From Guillardia theta CCMP2712 (Eukaryota > Protista > Cryptophyta), in NCBI RefSeq assembly GCF_000315625.1, contig NW_005434637.1, positions 319,985 to 383,984 of the forward strand: DNA of 64,000 bases, in the 5' to 3' direction. Below, piece after piece: positions 1 through 17,786 of the stretch. Each line of letters begins with the position of its first letter. Position 1 is the first letter of the stretch. The position numbers were made by a program, and so were the translations under genes. The notes beneath the pieces were generated by a model. That model searched no databases. It was not told the origin of the DNA and was given only the letters and a program-made list of their open reading frames with translations.

Positions 1-2511
1 GAGGAGGAGGAGCGGGGAACTGACGATCGATCATCGTCCTGATCGCGCTAAGATGCACGGAAAGGGGAAGACAGGTCCCGTTGAAGTGCAGCGCCCACTT
101 GTTGCAGCTGTCCCCGACTCGGATGTGAATCCTGCGGGTAGGGGGAACGTTAGGAAGGAAGTCAGGGAGGGGGAAGGGTAGGGAAAGGGCGGGGGGGGGG
201 GGGGAAGGGAAGGAGGGAGAGAAAGAGGGAGGGAGGAGAGAAGAGGAGGAGAGGAGGAGAGGAGAGGAATGGAGAGGGAGTAGGAAAACGTTGGAGTGGA
301 GGTAGAGAGAGGGTGACGTAGGTGAGAGGAGGATTTGCGAGGAGAAATTTGAGGTAACGTGAAGATGAGCGAAGAAATCAAGAGCAGAAATCGAGGTCGA
401 CAAGCGACAAGCAAGCAGGAAATTCTGATTGCAATGATGTAGCAATGAGATCCCAGTCGTATCCCAATGGCACATCTGACATTCATGCCAATCATGTTGC
501 GTTCAACAAGCATCTTACCCGAGAACAGGTCTCGACCATCTCATACGGGACATGGTAGAGTTCACATCCAACTCTGTCGAGAGAGAAAGCACTTTGTCAC
601 TTTCCAGCAGCAGGGCACAGACAGTGAAATCTTGACCTTGAAGGATGTCTGGACGAACTCTGAAAAGGAATGCTGCGAGCACAACCCGCCAGAAGCTATC
701 CCATGGATGAGAAGAAAGAAGAGCATCGCACAAGGTCTTACAGCAGTCCCTTCCTTGCAAACTTGTTCGGTACCATCGCAAAGACCATCTCATGGGTCGA
801 TCGTGCCATCTGGAAAGATCCTGTCTGCACAAAACAATATCATGCAATCTCTCCTCCCCTCTCCTCCCCTCTGCCCTTCCTCCCCTCTTTCCTCTCCTTT
901 TTTCATCGCTTCCTTCCGCTCTCTCCTCTCCTCTCCTTTCTCCTCTCCTTTCTCCTCTCCTCACCTTGTTCGTTGTGTTCTCTGGGCAGGATGTCCAGGG
1001 CTCGAAATAACACTCGAAGTCTGTACATCCTGTTCGTAGCAATCAATTTTCAAACATTCTCATCAAGTTTCTTCCTCTTCCTACCTTGATTGTGCGCATA
1101 CACCCACGCGTCGTCCGTCGGCAATATCAGAGTTTTACCCTGCGAAGAAGAATGCAAATGAGAAGAGGAAGGTGACAAGGGAAGGGACGTAAAACAGGAG
1201 AGCAGTTAAGGCGGGGAGAGGAGGAGAGAGGAGGAGAGAGGAGGAGAGAGGAGGAGAGAGAGGGAGAGAGGAGGAGAGAGGAGGAGAGAGGAGGGAAGGA
1301 GGAAGGTCGAAAAGGTTGGAAGGGAGGAGAGGGGAAGATCGCGATAGAGGATGAGAATGTAGCGGTTGAAGGACCTGAAGGTATGATAAGCTTAACAGCC
1401 CCCCGATGTAGTTGAAAGTCGCTGCTGCCCCTAAGTAGGAACATATTTACAATTATTTCCTTCCTCGTCCTCGTCCTCGTCCTCGTCTCCCTCCTCGTCT
1501 CCCTCCTCGTCTCCCTTATCCCTTTCTCCTCGCTCGATCCCCTCCTCTTGCATCCCCTTCCTGCTCCTCTTCTCTCCTACCTCGATTCTCGAACCGGATA
1601 TTCACGCTGTCTGCAGCTTCACACCTTGCATCATACATCATATCTCGTCCTCCCTTTCCCAACCTCTCACCTCTCCGGGAACTGAACAGCTCGCAGGTCA
1701 TTGACAGCCTCATCAAACAGTCTCTGATCCCAGAAGCTGTCTTCCCGCACACCCCCTACACCGAAGGGCAGATGGCGCCTGGTACACACTTTCAACCTTA
1801 CGTCTCCCCTCCCGGACAGTTCCTTCACCATGTCATTAGCATGTGTACGTTGCACATTTCACCAGCCCAGTCAGCATCGCATTCGCAGATCAGGTCCTCC
1901 CGTCGCTGATCCAACACGCATCTTCCATGAAGACATTGTCTGCTGCACTCCCACTCTTGCTCCGCCCAGACCTGCTCACGCGGAGGATGAGAATAGAGCT
2001 GTGAAGTGAGTTCAACACGAACTTGCAACTCCAACACAGCAAGAGCAGCGGAACCATCTTGCAGCTGACGTGATATCCTGACCTGCAAATGTGCAGTCAA
2101 CAAGATGTGATGAGCAGCAGGACGATGAAAAACTCTCACGTGTCTCGCAACTCCGAGGATTCCTGTCCTTGAGAAGACAGAAGAATGGTCGTCGAAATGT
2201 AAGACATTGCTCGTTTCCCCATTCTCAGTGATGAAGTGAACTTGGAATGGTGCCAGCGACCCCTCGTCGACGACCTGAGATGTGTCGGTGAGGGGTCGGA
2301 ATGAAATGGTGGACGAGGAGGCGATGGATTACATGGAGATGCAGGCGAAAGATTTAGATAGTGGATTTGTGACAACCGAACATGACATCTCTGTCAAGAA
2401 TGTTGATGGTACATGAACAATGATGTCGACGATGGCGATGGCGATGGCGATGGCGATGATGATTGCGATTGTAATTGTCATGATGATGTTGGTGGTGTTG
2501 GTGTCGGTGGC

Positions 2512-2565
<54 letters not shown>

Positions 2566-4094
2566 ATTACATCCTGTAAGCTTGTTGCGCTTCGCTTACC
2601 ATGGGATACTGCAGCCTCGCCCGAGCTCGTGCTGCCCCCCACACGTCGATTGCTCGCACGAACTCGTTTCTTCCCAAGTCGACCTCGAGCCATTCAACCT
2701 CCCCAACCTGGCACCATATCGATCAAATCGGGAGGGAGAACTACAGTCTGGGGAAGAACAGTTCCTGCTAACAACACAAGCAGCAACAGGTTGTGGAGTC
2801 TTTCCTTCACCAACAGCTCACACATGCTTACTTTCCCCGACGTCGTAGCATGCGATTGCTCGAATGGGACTGAGTAGAAAACGTTGACAATGCCGTCCAC
2901 TGCGTTTTCAGATGCTCCGGCTCCTGTCGAGGAGAGGGTGACTGGTTTCTTGTACGCGACATTCGTCATCCTCCTCCTCCTCATGCTCGATGCAGCATCG
3001 CAGCTCCCGTCTTCACACGTCCCTTCCTCCTTCCTGCGGCCATCTGCACGCTTCTGCTCTCCGTACAGCCCTCCCCACTTCCACGGTCCTCCTCGTCCGT
3101 AGATGAAGTGAGTCTGTTCCAACCCGATGTCCAACTTTTCTCCTCCTGCTCCTTCTCTCCCTCTCTCCCAGAAATCTTCGCAGGATCCCTCTGCTCCTTC
3201 CAGCTCCTCGTCCACAGCAAAGTAGGTGAACGCTACCCAGTTCACCATCAAATGTGCACAGTGCAAGGGGAACATCACCTGGCCGTCCTATCGCCTCTCC
3301 CGATTGCCCGTGCGTCAGGACCAACTTTGCCTGATAGAAACCGTCTTCAAACCCCGTCAAGGATGCAAAGTAGTTCAGTCCATCGCTCAGATCCATCGCT
3401 GTCCTACACATCACCATCGTCAGCAGTTTCACCGCGCATGGCGGCTGCGGTACCCCGACAGAGGGTCTGACTTCATGTTGGCGTCGAGCTCCCATTGCAG
3501 CGCAACATGATCGTTGATGATGAGGCTGGCCTTTGACGCCTCGGGAAAGCGCGAGAAGTACTTCTCTGAGATGGCAAAGGAGATAGCAGCGTCGTTTCTA
3601 GAAATGAAACAATGCTGACGGGGAGGGAAGAAAATGATCACGAAGCTAACGTCTTTCACATCTTCCAGCCTTTGTCTGAGTGTGTGACTTTGATCCGAGA
3701 CATTAGCAGCATCGTTGACTCCACGCTCCTCCGATGAATGCCCGATCCGAAAGCCTACCTTCTCCGGATCCGCTGACAACATGGAATGCTGGTCCGAGAA
3801 CGTGACCGAGACGTAGTGATCACCCTGAGAAACTGCAGCGAGTGTGATCTGATAGGACGTCCGATGGTTCTCGAGCTCGAACGTCAGGGTGGGCTCCCCA
3901 TCCAAGTGAATCACTGCTTCCCACCCCTCTCCGACGACGCCATCGACTAGCAAGGAAACTTGGACTTCGTGGTGCAGAGCGAACAGCTGTCCGTCTGATG
4001 GCGACATGATTCGTATCGCGGGTGATGGCGGGGAAGCACTAACATGCCATGGAGCGATCAGCATAATCGCAGCTGCTACAAGCGCCACCGCCAT
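1..4094 (-). CDS. Secreted multidomain alpha-1,6-fucosyltransferase-like protein (signal peptide, F-type lectin/F5-8-like domain, EGF, GT23); multi-exon, 3' end runs off the window
   Basis: Signal peptide MAVALVAAAIMLIAPWHVSA. Lectin-like NVAYKKPVTLSS..ASENAVDG..|EWLEVDLG (~2600-2960). EGF C-SRQC-LHGRC..CECDADWAGEMC (~1845-1955). Spliced GT23 motifs in FUT8 order: LRAVQFPER|C, GKTLILPTDDAW, CYFEPWTSC, FWRVVLAAFLFRVRP, PVLG|IHIRVGDSC (cf. FUT8 PVIGVHVRRTDK). Confidence 0.75.
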
Positions 4095-4744
4095 GTTTTC
4101 CGTCCCCAGCTATCTTCGCATTTCGCTCCCCTACCCCTACCCCCTTGTCGCTGTTTTCATCCCCCCGACAAAGACAGGATATCTTCACCACCCCTTGTTT
4201 TGAACTACAAGGTACCGGTGACATAAAAGGTTTCACCCCAGTTTTAGATGTACAAAGGACCGGTACTCCATCCTTGGTCCAGAGACGATGCGTCCAATTT
4301 TCACGTGCGGGTTACGAGATTCATGGGGCGAGGACGAAGATAGTAGAAGGCAGAAAGACAGCGAGGAGGAGGAGAAGGGAGAGGGAGAGGGAGAGGGAGA
4401 GGGAGAGGGAGAGGGAGAGGGAGAGGGAGAGGGAGAGGGATGGAGAAGGGGAGGGAGAAGGGGAGGGAGAAGGGAGAGGGAGAGGGAGAGGGATGGGGAG
4501 AAGGGGAGGAGAAGGGGAGGGAGAGGGAGAGGGAGAGGGATGGGGAGGAGGAGAAGGGGAGGGGAGGGAGACAGAAAGGAAGGAGGAAAGAGAGTTCGAG
4601 ATTGCTTGAGATGGGCAAGATGACACAAGAAAGTGAGCAAGAGCTCGAAGGATTTTCCTGACAGACTCAGCGGGCAGGAGCAGACAGACAAGGCAGAGGG
4701 ACACGTTTTGACTTGTGCCTGGTCAGGAGGCTGTAGCGATCAAT

Positions 4745-6299
4745 ATGGGGAAGAAGGGCAAGAAGGGAGCTCAAGGCGACACAGCGAAGAATGCTGCGGA
4801 CATGGAGGAAGACATCGATCAACTTCTCCACGAGCTGGACGCCAAGGAGGGGAAGAGAGGGTTGTGCCATGAGGAGGCGAGCGAGCGTCCGTCGCCAAGA
4901 GTTCATGCTACCTTAACACAGGTGAGCTTCTCCTCTCCTGTCTCTCTCAAGGTAGATACTCTCGTGACTCTGTGTCGTCAAGGTGGGGCCTGGGACTTTC
5001 ATGCTCTTTGGAGGAGAGTACTACGACGGCAGGAAGATTCAAGTGTTCCATGACCTCTACAAGCTACAGCTCGATGGCAAGAATGACAATGTCAAGATCA
5101 GATGGAGTAGGCTGTCCTTTGAGACAGGGCCAAGGGCCAGGAGCGCGTGAGTGTGTTTTGTGGTGCCTGGTAGAAGTGAGGGAAGTGATGGGTGTCTGCA
5201 GTCATCAAGCTGTCTTCTACAAGAACAAGCTCTACGTTCACGGGGGGGAGTACACGTCGCCCAATCTGAACAAGTTCCAGTAAGTTTCTTCATATTCTCT
5301 TCAGGCTGCGAGCTCTGGTCACTCCTTGTTGTCAGCCATTTCTCGGACCTCTGGTGCCTTGACTGCGCAAAAAGTCCGCGATGGAGCGAGGTCGTCTGCC
5401 ATGGCAAGGTTCCCCTTGCGCGCAGTGGGCACCGGGCGACAGTCGTGGGGGGAAAGATTTTCACGTTCGGGGGATTTTTTGACAACTCGAAGGAGGTCAA
5501 GTATTTCAACGATCTCAATTCCTTCGATCTTTCGTCGAGCAAGTGGAGCCACTTTGTTCCCTCCTCCTCCTCCTCCTCCTCCTCTGCTTCTTCAGCATGC
5601 CGATGGCCGCAAGCGAGAAGTGGGTGCGGTTTCTCGTCAGCTGGGGAGGTGCTGGTGTTGGTGGGAGGTTTCTCAAGGGAGGGAGGCGTCGGGTCGTCGG
5701 GGCAGGACGACACGAAAGGGATTCCTTTCTGGGATGTGTGGACGGTGAACGTGGGAGGGCACGTGAGAGGAGGAGGAGAGTGGAGGTGCGAGTGGAGGAT
5801 GGTGGAGATGGGCGACGTTGTTCCTCGGGCAAGGGTCGCGTTCGGTCTGGTCGAGGTGAAACCTTTCTCTGCTTGGTCTGAGGAGGAAGGGGGAGGAGGA
5901 AGCCTGCTGTTGTTCGGAGGAGTACACGATGAGCAGGTAGAGGACTCGCTAGAGAGCAAGTTCCTCAACGATGCCTGGGTCCTCAGGATCGATGGCAGCG
6001 GAGGCTGTAGGTGGAAGATGCTGAAGGAGAGCAGAGGCGACGACGAGCTGCAGGGCGAAGTTTGGCCGCAGGGGAGGATGAGCGTGCACGTATGTTGTGA
6101 TGGGCGTCAGGTTGTGATCTATGGAGGAAAGAGGGATGGGGGAGAGCGGGAGATGACGTTTGATGATGTTTGGACGATGGATGTGGAGTGTTTGAAGGAG
6201 GGGGAGAGAAGCACGAGTGGAGCGAGGATGGTTGAATCCTTGTCAAAAAGTTGCTCGATCTGGTTTGAATCTGACGACGAGGATGGGGAGGAAGGGGAG

Positions 6300-6335
<36 letters not shown>

Positions 6336-8885
6336 GACAGCCAAGGGGAAGAGTGCGGAAACGGAACGACGTCGAACAATGGAGAACTTTCTAGCGTCAA
6401 ACCCCCTGCCTCTGCGTCAGAACATCAAAGTGCACCAGCAGCCAAACAGCCCTTGCCGCAGGACGAGGCGGCAAAGAGGAAGCGAGCTCAGGTCTCTGAC
6501 TCCGTCCTCAGCTCCATCTGCGAGCACTGCGACCCTCTGGGGTGGAGGGTCCGGAAAGAAATCTCGTCCTCCTCCTCCTCCATCCTCGGGTCAGGGTGGG
6601 GGGAAGTTCTTCTGCAGCCTGAGCAGATCCTCCAGTTCGACCGGCAGGGTCACATCAAGTATCCTCAGCTGCTAGGAGGGGAGGCCCTGCAGCGGTTTCA
6701 GCGCGCTGTGGAGGAGGAGATCAGCGGGAAGATGCTAGAGGAAGTCAAGCACATCATGCGAGTGCTGGGGGAGGACTCGGAGGACGACAGGATCAAGGAG
6801 GAGGCGCTGAGGTGCGAGGATGCAGAGGAAGGCCTCGTCCTCCTCCAGAGGTGGTGCGAGGAGAAGTGCATCGAGGTCCCTTTCCTCCAGGGCTTCAACC
6901 TCCACTGGGGGACAAGCAAGGCTGCTGCTGTAATTCGTGCGCTCTCGCTCAGCGAGTGGATGGGGAAGGCAAGTTTTCCCCCTCCTCTCCCTGTCCCTTT
7001 CCTCTTTCCCCCTCCCCCATCTCCTCTCCTCGTTCATGTCATCTGTTCTACCGCCTTGCCTCCTCCTCTCTTCACTGCTCCTATCCTACTCCTTGCCCTC
7101 ACGTCTACATCATCATCGTAATGCCTCCGTCTCATCGCGATTTTCTTACCATCCTCCTATAACCTCTCCAGCTTCATCCCTCCATCTCTCCTGTCTCTTC
7201 CGTGCTCTCCCTACCGGAGCTGCTCATTCTGCGCCCTCCCCCCCACTCCCCTCCTTCCCCAGCCTCCTCCTCCTCCTCCTCCTCACTCCCCTCGCAGGCA
7301 GCAGCGCAGCTACTCGGAGTGGACTCTGTGCGGCTCTACCAGACGAGCTCCTTCTTCAAGAGACCATCTCATGGTGAGACGACTTGGCACACGGATCTCA
7401 ACACCGCTCCACTCGACACCAACGGCATGGTCACCTGCTGGATAGCTCTCTCTCCTGTCCTCGACGAGGATCATTCTCCCCTCCTCTTCGCCTCTGGCTC
7501 TCATCGAGACTTTGCGCTTCCTTACTGGTTGTCACTTCCCCTCCTCCTCCTCCTCCTCCACCACCACCACCACCACCACCACGGAATTCCTTTCAGCACA
7601 TTATTTCTACTTCATCCACTCCCTCTCTACGGTTTTACTACCTCCTCGTGCCTCTTGGTCTACCCGCGATTTTTCCTCCTTCCAACCTCCATCATTCTTT
7701 TGTCTCCCCTTTCTCCCTTTTCTCTTCCCTCCCCCCTATCACTCACCTCTCCTCCTTTCCTCTCCCTCTTCTGCTACACTTTGCTCTCTCTCCCACTTTC
7801 TCCTCTCCTTCCCTCCCCTCCTCGTTCCCTCTCCCCTCCCCCTTCTGACGGAAACCTTCGTTCATCAGGTATACCTGTAAGGGGATGCAAACTTCATCTG
7901 ATCGCAGATACCCTCGAGCCTGTCATGCTCCCCTTCTCCCCGGCGACGCCACCTTTCATCACGGGTAACAGGGCAACCGCACGTTTCTACCTCATCTCTC
8001 TCCCCATCCTCCTCCCTGCGCGTTGCACCCGCTTCCTTCCTCTTCCTCCTCCTCCTCCTCCTCCTCCTCCTCCTCCTCCTCCTCCTCCTCCTCCTTTCCC
8101 TCCTCATTCACCTGCAGTTGGATCCTTCATGGAGCTCCTCCGAACTTCTCTGGAAAGACGAGGAAGGCATTTGCGTTGACCTACATCGCGGAGGACGCGA
8201 AGCTGCTGGGAAGGTGAGGAGAGGAGGCGAGAGAAGGAGGGGAGAGGAACGAAGAACGAGGAGACGAAAGGAGAGGAAAGGAGAGGACAGGGGAGGCAAA
8301 GACTAGACCTGAGGGAGAGGTGGGGGTAAGAGAATGAAGAAGGGAAGATAGAGAAGACGGTCCGAAGGAGGAAGGAAACGAGGAGGGGACAGAGGAGGGG
8401 GAGTGGTGAGGAAGGGGTGGACGGGTGTGTGTGAGGGGCGGAGGTAGAGGATAGGAGTAGATCTTCACGCTCTGACGTTCGTGCTTGACAGCAAAGGGAC
8501 CAGGCAGCAACCAGCAAGTGAAGACTACGAGAGTTACTCTGATTGGATCCCCAGCATCCCGTGAGACAGCACCGGCGACCTCTCCCTCAATCCTTCAACG
8601 CAGTTCTCCCTTCTCCTCTTCATCCTTTGCCTCTCCCTCCGGCCCCCCCTGCCTTGTCCACTGTGCTCTCCTACTTTCCCTTACCGTCTCCTGTATCCTT
8701 TCATCCTCATTCCCCCCATCCCCGTCCCTCCTCCCTCCTCGTCCTCTGCTCACTGTGTGATCAGGGAGAGGGGCAAAGTCGACCATCCTCTCGTCCCCAT
8801 CGTCTGCTCGGGGATCTCAGCCTGCGACAAGGTCAAGTCGCCACCATTCCTTCTTCCCCTGCTGACCTTCACTGCTACAGGTTGA
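4745..8885 (+). CDS. KLHDC4: KLHDC4/Kel3-like kelch-repeat protein fused to a C-terminal PhyH-family Fe(II)/2-oxoglutarate dioxygenase; multi-exon
   Basis: N-terminus MGKKGKK..EEDIDQLL..LDAK..PSPRVHATL, LFGGEYYDG, HQAV..LYVHGGEYTSPN and an acidic tail match KLHDC4. The same ORF (5151-7121) continues into LLQPEQILQFDRQGHIK. Spliced exons give FFKRP..TTWHTD..TCWIAL..FASGSH and GDATFHHG|WILHGAPPN..RKAFALTY. 3' end approximate. Confidence 0.8.
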
Positions 8886-8904
8886 CCGCTATGTCTCCAT
8901 CAAG

Positions 8905-9030
8905 GACGTCGGTTTCTGAGCCTAGTCGGTACTGGCCGGCCGGGGGCGCGCGTGCGGGCCGACCGTGCCGCGGCCCGGGCTCACTGCCAGTGTCCGGTCC
9001 GACTGCGGCGGTGGTGACTCGGCTACTATG
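8905..9030. repeat. GC-rich palindrome-mosaic island (copy A)
   Basis: Dense CG/CCGG words (tggccggccggggg, gcgcgc, gccgcggcccgggc, cactgccagtg) resembling the islands at 29.4, 40.3, 58.6 and 62.0 kb. Confidence 0.55.
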
Positions 9031-9038
9031 CATGAGGG

Positions 9039-9128
9039 TAGAGCTTGTTTGAGACTGTCGAACGCTCGTTGGCAGTCGACGGTCCATGTAAAGGCGGCGC
9101 CCTTGCGAAGGAGATCCGTCAATGGTCG
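9039..9128 (-). mobile_element. Ty3/gypsy LTR-retrotransposon pol relic (RT to RNase H connection segment)
   Basis: Translates RPLTDLLRKGAAFTWTVDCQRAFDSLKQAL, the typical 'PL..LL+K...F.W...CQ.AF..LK.AL' segment of gypsy pol. No flanking pol or LTR recognisable. Confidence 0.75.
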
Positions 9129-9493
9129 ATAGTAGGAAGGGAGGCCAAGCAGCGTCTTGACTTGCTCAGCTGATTGTCCTATTGTTGGTGCGTTAACAAG
9201 GTTATGAGCTCCTTTGTGTGTGTAAGCAATGAATCAGTGACTTCTGAAACGGTGGGGTGGGATGGGGTGGGTGGGATGGGTGTGCTGGGGTGGTTTGGAG
9301 GCTGAAGGACCAGAGATGAGTAGGGTAGGGTGCCGAAGAAGGGGTGATGGCGGCGTCGGAGTGGGGTTAAGGGGGTGGGTGTGATGGTCGATTAACGGAC
9401 GGGAATGCTGAAAAGCGAATGAAGAGGAGAGAGGAGAACGAGAGAGGAGAAGAGGAGAAGAGGAGAAGAGGAGGAGAGTGAAGAAGTGAAACC

Positions 9494-15357
<5,864 letters not shown>

Positions 15358-15447
15358 ATCAGTCAAAAGATATCTAGGAAGACTCTATTCATTCTCATAC
15401 ATGTACAAGGACTATACAAGGCAAAGGTGTACCCGAGAGTCACTGTC

Positions 15448-17403
15448 TCAAACCTCTTGTTGAGAAGCCTCAAGAATGAAACTTCCCATCTCAACCATCA
15501 TGCTATTCTCCTGATGCCTCTGCATCGACATCTTGATTACATCTCGATAGCCCTTCAGTCCGGCATACCTTCTGACCTGCTCGCTCTCCGCAAGATTCCT
15601 CAGGAGCTTCAGGCACTGATACTGCACCGACAAGTTGGGCATGTGAAGTTTCATCGCCATACATGTCAAGTGAACTCCGTCCATGGTCACGAACACAACC
15701 TGGTAAGTCTCGTTTCTCTCCATCACATTGCTCATCGCCCAGATGCTGTTGAGCACAACCGCCGAGTTCTCCGCATGCACCTCCACGACCCTCAGGAGCA
15801 CAGCGATCCCGTCCTTCTCCTCCATGAACTCCCTCCTGCTTCCCGCTGACTTGTACACCAGGTTGGTCATGGCACCGCACGCCTGCTCCATCACGTTCGC
15901 ATCCTCTACATGCCTCCTCATCACGTCCAACAGCAGCTGCACACCGTGCAGCTCAACCACCATACCCTGGTTCCGCACATGGTACGTCAGGTGCTTCAAA
16001 GTCCAGCAGGCCTGCAGTGCGACGCTCCTCTCCTCCTTGTGCACGTTCATGGCCTCCATCGTCGCCTCAACGCCCCCAGCGGTGCTGATGGTGTGGAGCC
16101 ATTTGGTGGACAGGGAGAGCTCTTTGAGCTTGCTGCATTCCACCTCCTGCACCACAGGCGAAAACTTGTACTGCTGCATCTTGCTGATGCTGTCTTGGAT
16201 CGCAGCAGCGACAGCATCGTCATCCTCCTCGTTGAAGCTGAAGTATCCTTCCGCCTGCTCCCTCGGCTCCCGCGCTCCTCTCTCCTCGAGTACCGGAGGC
16301 CTGTTGGGCGTCAGCATCTCTGCCAGCATGTCGAGCAGCAGGCATAGACGCGCGTCTCTCACGTACTCCTTCTTGTTGGCCGAGACCATCGCGACCATAT
16401 CAGGGAAGAATTCCAGCAGAGTGTAACAACCATAAACCTTGATCATGGCGATCAGGATGTTGCAGATCACCTCCTGCACCCCCGTGTTGGACTTGTACGT
16501 CTTCATGCAGAAACGGATCACGCTCATGGTCTCGTGCAGCATCATACACAAGTCTTGCTCAGACTTGGTGAGGAAGTACAGCAGCAAGTGAAGGTTCTGA
16601 CTTGTTACCTGCAGCACCCTCGAGTGCTGCTCGAGATCGGATACGATGTACCTCAGCATCTTCTCGGAATCCGACGAGAAGAAGTCGTTCTGTAGCACAG
16701 ACAAGAACTTGTCCGCAGCCTCCACAAGTTCCAAGTCATTGCCATGAAGCTTTCTGACGTGTTCTACAAGCTCAACACCAGATTTTGATCTGATGCGCTC
16801 CTTGTTCGCGGGGTGATTGGCCGCCATGAACCGGAGGGCCCTGCATGCAGAAATTTGCAACTCAATCACTGTGGCATGCTCGACCATGGCGGCGATGAGA
16901 CACGCGATGATGTCTCGTTGTACAAGGTCACTTGAGTTGAACCTGAACAGACCTGACAGGTAGAGAAACGTCCGACAACCCAACGTTTGGATCTCGGCCA
17001 CTCCTTTGTGTCGAGCCATTATGGCTATCAAGACTTCTTTGATGTCCAGAGAGAACATTGCTTTTTGGTAGAGGTGGCAAGCAGACAGTCTGTAGATCAC
17101 TTCGCATGCACTCCTTTGAATGTCTTCATCGTCAAGCTGATCTAACAAGAAGTTCAAGAACTCCGTCATCTCTTCGTCGCTGATTTTCTCTGCCTTTCTA
17201 CTAGACGCATCCTCCGTGCTTCCTCTTCCAGGGATTCTCTCCAGCAACCGGCCGAAGATCTTCGTTCTTGATCGCTTCTCTCTGTCCTCCTCCTCCTCCT
17301 CCTCCTCCTCTATCCTCCTCTCCTCTTCTCTCATCCCATCCCATCTCCTCTCCTCCCTCTCCTCCTGCTGCTTCTCCACCCTCCCGCCGCCTCTTTCCAC
17401 CAT
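15448..17403 (-). CDS. Armadillo-repeat protein
   Basis: 651-aa ORF with repeated 'H..D..V..QACGAL.NL' type helical units (LQISACRALRFMA, ALQACWTLKHLT, MEQACGAMTNLV). Confidence 0.85.
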   Translation of the reverse strand: MVERGGGRVEKQQEEREERRWDGMREEERRIEEEEEEEEDREKRSRTKIFGRLLERIPGRGSTEDASSRKAEKISDEEMTEFLNFLLDQLDDEDIQRSACEVIYRLSACHLYQKAMFSLDIKEVLIAIMARHKGVAEIQTLGCRTFLYLSGLFRFNSSDLVQRDIIACLIAAMVEHATVIELQISACRALRFMAANHPANKERIRSKSGVELVEHVRKLHGNDLELVEAADKFLSVLQNDFFSSDSEKMLRYIVSDLEQHSRVLQVTSQNLHLLLYFLTKSEQDLCMMLHETMSVIRFCMKTYKSNTGVQEVICNILIAMIKVYGCYTLLEFFPDMVAMVSANKKEYVRDARLCLLLDMLAEMLTPNRPPVLEERGAREPREQAEGYFSFNEEDDDAVAAAIQDSISKMQQYKFSPVVQEVECSKLKELSLSTKWLHTISTAGGVEATMEAMNVHKEERSVALQACWTLKHLTYHVRNQGMVVELHGVQLLLDVMRRHVEDANVMEQACGAMTNLVYKSAGSRREFMEEKDGIAVLLRVVEVHAENSAVVLNSIWAMSNVMERNETYQVVFVTMDGVHLTCMAMKLHMPNLSVQYQCLKLLRNLAESEQVRRYAGLKGYRDVIKMSMQRHQENSMMVEMGSFILEASQQEV

Positions 17404-17786
17404 GGCGTCAACTGGTTCAACGGCTGACTGTCAGGCCAACGCCATCAAATTCTGGTCCACCGGTGTCTGCGGTTACACTTTGTAGGCGGAAAATGCACCC
17501 TACCCTACCTGAAAGGGATCAAATACGGTCAAATGAAGGGGTAGAGCAAGCCTACCACTCCAGCGCGCAGTGGGTGTAAATCTTGGCAGTGCGAGATCAA
17601 GTTGACCAATCCTCCTGTCCTCCTCTCCTCCTCTCTCCTGTCCTCCTGTCCTCAAATCCTCCTCTCCTCCTGTCCTCCTGTCCTCCTGTCCTCCTCTCCT
17701 CCTCTCCTCCTCTCTTGCAGTTATCTTCGTGTTATAGCTCTCTTCATCTGACAGCTCTAATACCTGCCTCGTGTTGTTAGCTTCAG

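Noticed and set aside
4360-4600. GA-rich tract as telomere-like repeat
   Set aside because: Irregular unit, interstitial, and the same kind of tract occurs throughout introns and 5' regions.
15427-16426. Plus-strand ORFs overlapping the ARM gene
   Set aside because: Antisense shadows of a GC3-rich coding sequence.
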